From NCBI GenBank assembly GCA_026413865.1, contig JAOAKB010000003.1, forward strand, positions 32,480 through 96,479: a stretch of DNA of 64,000 bases, given 5' to 3'. The notes under the pieces are model-generated. The model did no database searches. It saw only the letters and a program-made list of their open reading frames with translations, and had not been told where the DNA came from. How positions within the stretch are numbered: the stretch's first letter is position 1; every line of letters begins with the position of its first letter. A program made the translations under genes and the position numbers. This DNA comes from Nitrososphaeria archaeon. GTDB lineage: Archaea > Thermoproteota > Nitrososphaeria > JACIWG01. Shown here one piece after another: positions 60,636 through 64,000 of this stretch.

Positions 60636-61208
60636 ATGAAAAAAAGTATAATATATTTTGATAAACCTGGTCCAGAGAATACTGAAGAAACCATTAAGGC
60701 TGCTTACGAAAGGGCTATCGAATTGGGTGTCAAAGATATTGTTGTTGCCTCCTCATATGGACGAACTGCTTTAAAATTGATAGAATATTTTGATGTCAAC
60801 CAGTTTAACATTGTGGCTGTAACAATATGCGAGGGATACAAGGATATGGGCTGGACTATTAGTAAGGAAGAAAAAGAGAAGCTTCTATCTAAGGGAATAA
60901 AAGTTTATACAGGTGTGCATTCTTTGGATGGTGATGTTAGCTCAGCTTTTGCAGAAAGATTTAAAGGTTTTTCCGTTAATGAAATTGTTACTCAAACACT
61001 TTATAGATTCGGTCAAGGGTTAAAAGTTTGTGTTGAAATCGTTTTGATGGCAGCAGATGCTGGTCTTATTCCAGTAGACAAGGATGTTATAGCCATAGCT
61101 GGAACTGACCGAGGCGCCGATACTGCAATAGTAGTAAAACCAGCATATTCTAGAAAATTTCTAGAATTAAAGATAAAGGAAATTATTGCAAAGCCTAGGA
61201 TATTTTAA
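60636..61208 (+). CDS. hypothetical protein (possibly pyruvate-kinase C-terminal-domain-like fold)
   Basis: 190 aa alpha/beta protein; weak resemblance only. Confidence 0.3.
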   Translation: MKKSIIYFDKPGPENTEETIKAAYERAIELGVKDIVVASSYGRTALKLIEYFDVNQFNIVAVTICEGYKDMGWTISKEEKEKLLSKGIKVYTGVHSLDGDVSSAFAERFKGFSVNEIVTQTLYRFGQGLKVCVEIVLMAADAGLIPVDKDVIAIAGTDRGADTAIVVKPAYSRKFLELKIKEIIAKPRIF

Positions 61209-61323
61209 ACATAAAAAAGACATTTTTATAAAAATTTTATGCCAAAAACTACCACTTTAAAATTGCTAAATTACAATTTGACTCTCTTACATAATACTTA
61301 TATATTATAAAAATAAAGTTCCT

Positions 61324-62586
61324 ATGATAATTATGGAAAAGTTGGGTGTTGCATTTATAGGCGCAGGCTTTGCAAACACTTTTCATGCAAAGGGTTGGAT
61401 TGGTGTAAGAGATTCAGAGATTGTTGCAGTCTGTAGTCTTCATAAAGAAAGGGCTGAAAAGCTTGCAAGCTTGTGCAGGTCTCTCGGTATAGGTGAACCC
61501 AAGGTTTATACAGACGTTGCTGAAACTGTAAGAGACCCTAGAGTGAATGCAGTTTGGCTTGGTGTACCAAATTTTGCAAGACTAGAGATAGTTAAAACCA
61601 TTGTTGAAGAGGTTTTGCAAGGTAGAACAAATTTAATAGGAATCGCTTGTGAAAAACCATTAGCCCGAACAGTAAAAGAAGCAAAGGAAATGCTAAAACT
61701 TGTCGAGAAAGCGGGCTTGCTACATGGTTATCTTGAAAATCAGGTTTTTGCTCCAGCTGTTGTAAGAGGAAAAGAAATAATATGGAGAAGGGGTGTTCCA
61801 ATTGCTGGTAGGCCCTATTTGGCTAGAGCTGCGGAAGAACATAGTGGACCTCATGAACCATGGTTCTGGCAAGGTGAGAAATCTGGTGGAGGTGTTCTCC
61901 TGGACATGATGTGCCATAGCCATGAAGCTTCAAGGTTTCTACTTATTGGGCCAGAGGAAGAAAAAAAGGTTCTTAAACCAAGAACTATTAATGCAGAAAT
62001 TGCTTTATTAAAATGGACAAGGCCAAATTATGTAAACAAACTAAAGGATATGAGTAAGGGTGCTGTAGACTATTCTAAGGCTCCATCAGAAGATTTTGCT
62101 AGATCGACTGTAGTATACGAACATGAAGATGGAACAATATGTGTTAGTGAAGTAACAACCTCTTGGAGTTTCTCAGGAGCTGGGTTAAGGCTAACTTTTG
62201 AACTTTTAGGTCCAGAATATGCATTACAAATTAATACCCTACAACCAGAACTATATGTTTTCTTTAGTAGGGCTGTTAAGGGGCCAGCGGGTGAAGATTT
62301 GGTTGAGAAGCAGTTAGCGGAGCAAGGACTTATGCCAGTACTTCCAGATGAATCAATAACTTATGGTTATCAGGCAGAAGATAGACATATGGTCAGAAGT
62401 TTCCTGCAAAAAAAGATGCCATACGAAAATTGGTATGATGGCCTATTTGTAGTTGAACTATGTATGGCAAGTTATATGGCTGCAGAAAAGGGAAGGAAAC
62501 TAAAGTTTCCAATAGACGGGCTTGAAGAGTTTGTACCTAAAGTGGCTAAGGGGGAATGGAATCATAGGTCTATTTTAGACGTCTAA
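61324..62586 (+). CDS. Gfo/Idh/MocA-family oxidoreductase
   Basis: N-terminal GVAFIGAGFANTFHAKGW Rossmann and EKP motif. 420 aa. Confidence 0.65.
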   Translation: MIIMEKLGVAFIGAGFANTFHAKGWIGVRDSEIVAVCSLHKERAEKLASLCRSLGIGEPKVYTDVAETVRDPRVNAVWLGVPNFARLEIVKTIVEEVLQGRTNLIGIACEKPLARTVKEAKEMLKLVEKAGLLHGYLENQVFAPAVVRGKEIIWRRGVPIAGRPYLARAAEEHSGPHEPWFWQGEKSGGGVLLDMMCHSHEASRFLLIGPEEEKKVLKPRTINAEIALLKWTRPNYVNKLKDMSKGAVDYSKAPSEDFARSTVVYEHEDGTICVSEVTTSWSFSGAGLRLTFELLGPEYALQINTLQPELYVFFSRAVKGPAGEDLVEKQLAEQGLMPVLPDESITYGYQAEDRHMVRSFLQKKMPYENWYDGLFVVELCMASYMAAEKGRKLKFPIDGLEEFVPKVAKGEWNHRSILDV

Positions 62587-62616
62587 TTCATAATTTTTAG
62601 TTCACTTTTAATTTTT

Positions 62617-63726
62617 TTATAAACAATTTTTTAGAATTTCTGCTACATCTACCTCTGTTTCAAGGGGTAATTGGATTGGTTTTCTCTTTCTTATCGACTC
62701 GTATGCTGCTAAACAAACTTCTAGTACCTTATATGCGTCTTCCCCTGTTACAGCAGGTTGTCTATTTTCATGGATACATTTTATAAATTCATCTATTGTA
62801 GGTTTGTATACATTAGCGAATGGTGGTAAAGGTACAGATTTTTCTACATAACTCCTATCGAATACAGGGTTTGGTGGAGAAGTTTCAATGTATGTTCTTT
62901 GATTATAAGGTTCTTTTTTTGACCAAATTGAAATAATGTTTCCAGATACTTCTATTTCGCCTTCAGTTCCAATTATTCTCATAAAATTGTGTGAACTTAT
63001 GGGTGCTGTAAAAGTAGATTCAATTGTAGCAATTGAATTGTTTTCAAATCTTAAGAGTGCTACTCCATAATCTTCTACATAATATCTTCTATGAATAAAC
63101 TTGCCGATTTCAGCGTAAACTCTTTTTACTTCGCTATTGAAATATCCACGTAATTGTGCTGCTAAGTAAACTGCATGGTCAATAAATCCCCCTCCTGCAG
63201 CTTTATTTGGGTCAACAAACCAACCTGGCTCCAATACTCCAGGTTCACTTAGTGGTAATATTGCAAAAAGTGAAGCTGATGCTGCAAATGGTTCCCCTAT
63301 CACACCATTATCCATAAGCTTCTTTATAGGGTCTCCAGGAAGTACGCCTGCAGCCATAGCCATCAATTTGACACCTGCATTTTTAGCACTGTCTATGATT
63401 TCACGGGCTTCTTTGAGAGTTCTAGCTATGGGTTTTCCAATAAGTATGTCTTTTCCTGCTTTAGCTGCCGCTAAAGCTACATCTTTATGCATAGAGGTTG
63501 TTGTTGTAATTATTATACCATCTATTTTTGGATTTTCTAAAAGTTTATGATAATCTGTGTAATAAGTTTCTGCACTGTATATTTTAGCAATTTTTTTAAC
63601 ATATTCTTCATTGGGGTCCGATATTGCAACTAATTGTGCATTAGGATTTATTGATATATCGTAAGCTGAACCTAGTGCCCAATACCAATGGTCTAATCCA
63701 ATAATTCCAATACCAATTTTAGACAT
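62617..63726 (-). CDS. Gfo/Idh/MocA-family oxidoreductase
   Basis: N-terminal KIGIGIIGLDHWYW Rossmann-like segment and GKPIA motif. 369 aa. Confidence 0.7.
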   Translation of the reverse strand: MSKIGIGIIGLDHWYWALGSAYDISINPNAQLVAISDPNEEYVKKIAKIYSAETYYTDYHKLLENPKIDGIIITTTTSMHKDVALAAAKAGKDILIGKPIARTLKEAREIIDSAKNAGVKLMAMAAGVLPGDPIKKLMDNGVIGEPFAASASLFAILPLSEPGVLEPGWFVDPNKAAGGGFIDHAVYLAAQLRGYFNSEVKRVYAEIGKFIHRRYYVEDYGVALLRFENNSIATIESTFTAPISSHNFMRIIGTEGEIEVSGNIISIWSKKEPYNQRTYIETSPPNPVFDRSYVEKSVPLPPFANVYKPTIDEFIKCIHENRQPAVTGEDAYKVLEVCLAAYESIRKRKPIQLPLETEVDVAEILKNCL

Positions 63727-63844
63727 TTTTTACACCTTATCATCATTTTGAGTTATAAGTGTATTTTAACCTTTTCTACTTAAAATAAAAATTTAAAGCA
63801 TAATTTGTATAAAGTTTATATGTTATTAATAATTAACTAAAAGA

Positions 63845-64000
63845 ATGGTGTTAAATTTGAAAGTTGCATTATATACTATAAGCTATCAAGGCCTTTGGTA
63901 TAACGGTGATTTTGTTCCAATAGAACAGCTTATTCCCAAAGTTGCTAACTTTGGATATGATGGTATTTCTCTTAGTGGCAAAAGGCATCATGCTTCTCCC
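63845..64000 (+). CDS. sugar phosphate isomerase/epimerase (xylose-isomerase-like TIM barrel), 5' fragment truncated by the window end
   Basis: MVLNLKVALYTISYQGLWYNGDFVPIEQLIPKVANFGYDGISLSGKRHHAS, the typical N-terminus of the AP-endonuclease 2/xylose-isomerase-like family. Runs off the window. Confidence 0.35.
   Translation, partial: MVLNLKVALYTISYQGLWYNGDFVPIEQLIPKVANFGYDGISLSGKRHHASP

Noticed and set aside
1-64000. CRISPR arrays, transposases, integrases or prophage remnants near the many tRNA genes
   Set aside because: No direct-repeat arrays, no IS-like inverted termini, and no integrase or transposase motifs were seen next to any of the ten tRNAs. The region reads as core chromosome.

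Overview
AT-rich (about 35% GC) archaeal chromosomal segment with about 75 tightly packed genes on both strands and 10 dispersed tRNA genes. No CRISPR array, transposase or integrase was found. Lineage markers point to the TACK superphylum, most like Thaumarchaeota: a short ERCC4/XPF nuclease, an MPRYKT-type aEF-2 N-terminus, a crenarchaeal-type SSB-like OB-fold protein, EndA, and a bacterial-type grpE-dnaK-dnaJ operon. The window is unusually rich in replication and repair genes: xpf, orc1/cdc6, RFC large and small subunits, an SSB-like protein, gins-mcm-hel308, and a T4 endoV-like pyrimidine-dimer glycosylase. It also carries moaC-moaB-moaA, a DGGGP synthase, an N-glycosylation-type sugar cluster, purB/purP, a DUF1537 kinase plus PdxA2 pair, three Gfo/Idh/MocA oxidoreductases, peptidases, and a prokaryotic pentameric ligand-gated ion channel homologue. 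The standout observation is that the essential elongation factor 2 gene is split by a 32-nt insert that folds into a textbook bulge-helix-bulge (BHB) motif. Removing it at the canonical bulge positions restores the conserved ...IRN-LGVVAHVDHGKTT... P-loop in frame. This looks like an archaeal splicing-endonuclease intron in a protein-coding gene; the catalytic EndA subunit and an intron-containing tRNA-Met are in the same window. Other notable points: a 684-aa protein with wHTH, ATP-cone, an NrdD-like body and a Zn ribbon but no glycyl-radical tail; small proteins translationally coupled to orc1 and to the RFC large subunit; and two tRNAs that appear to carry C33.
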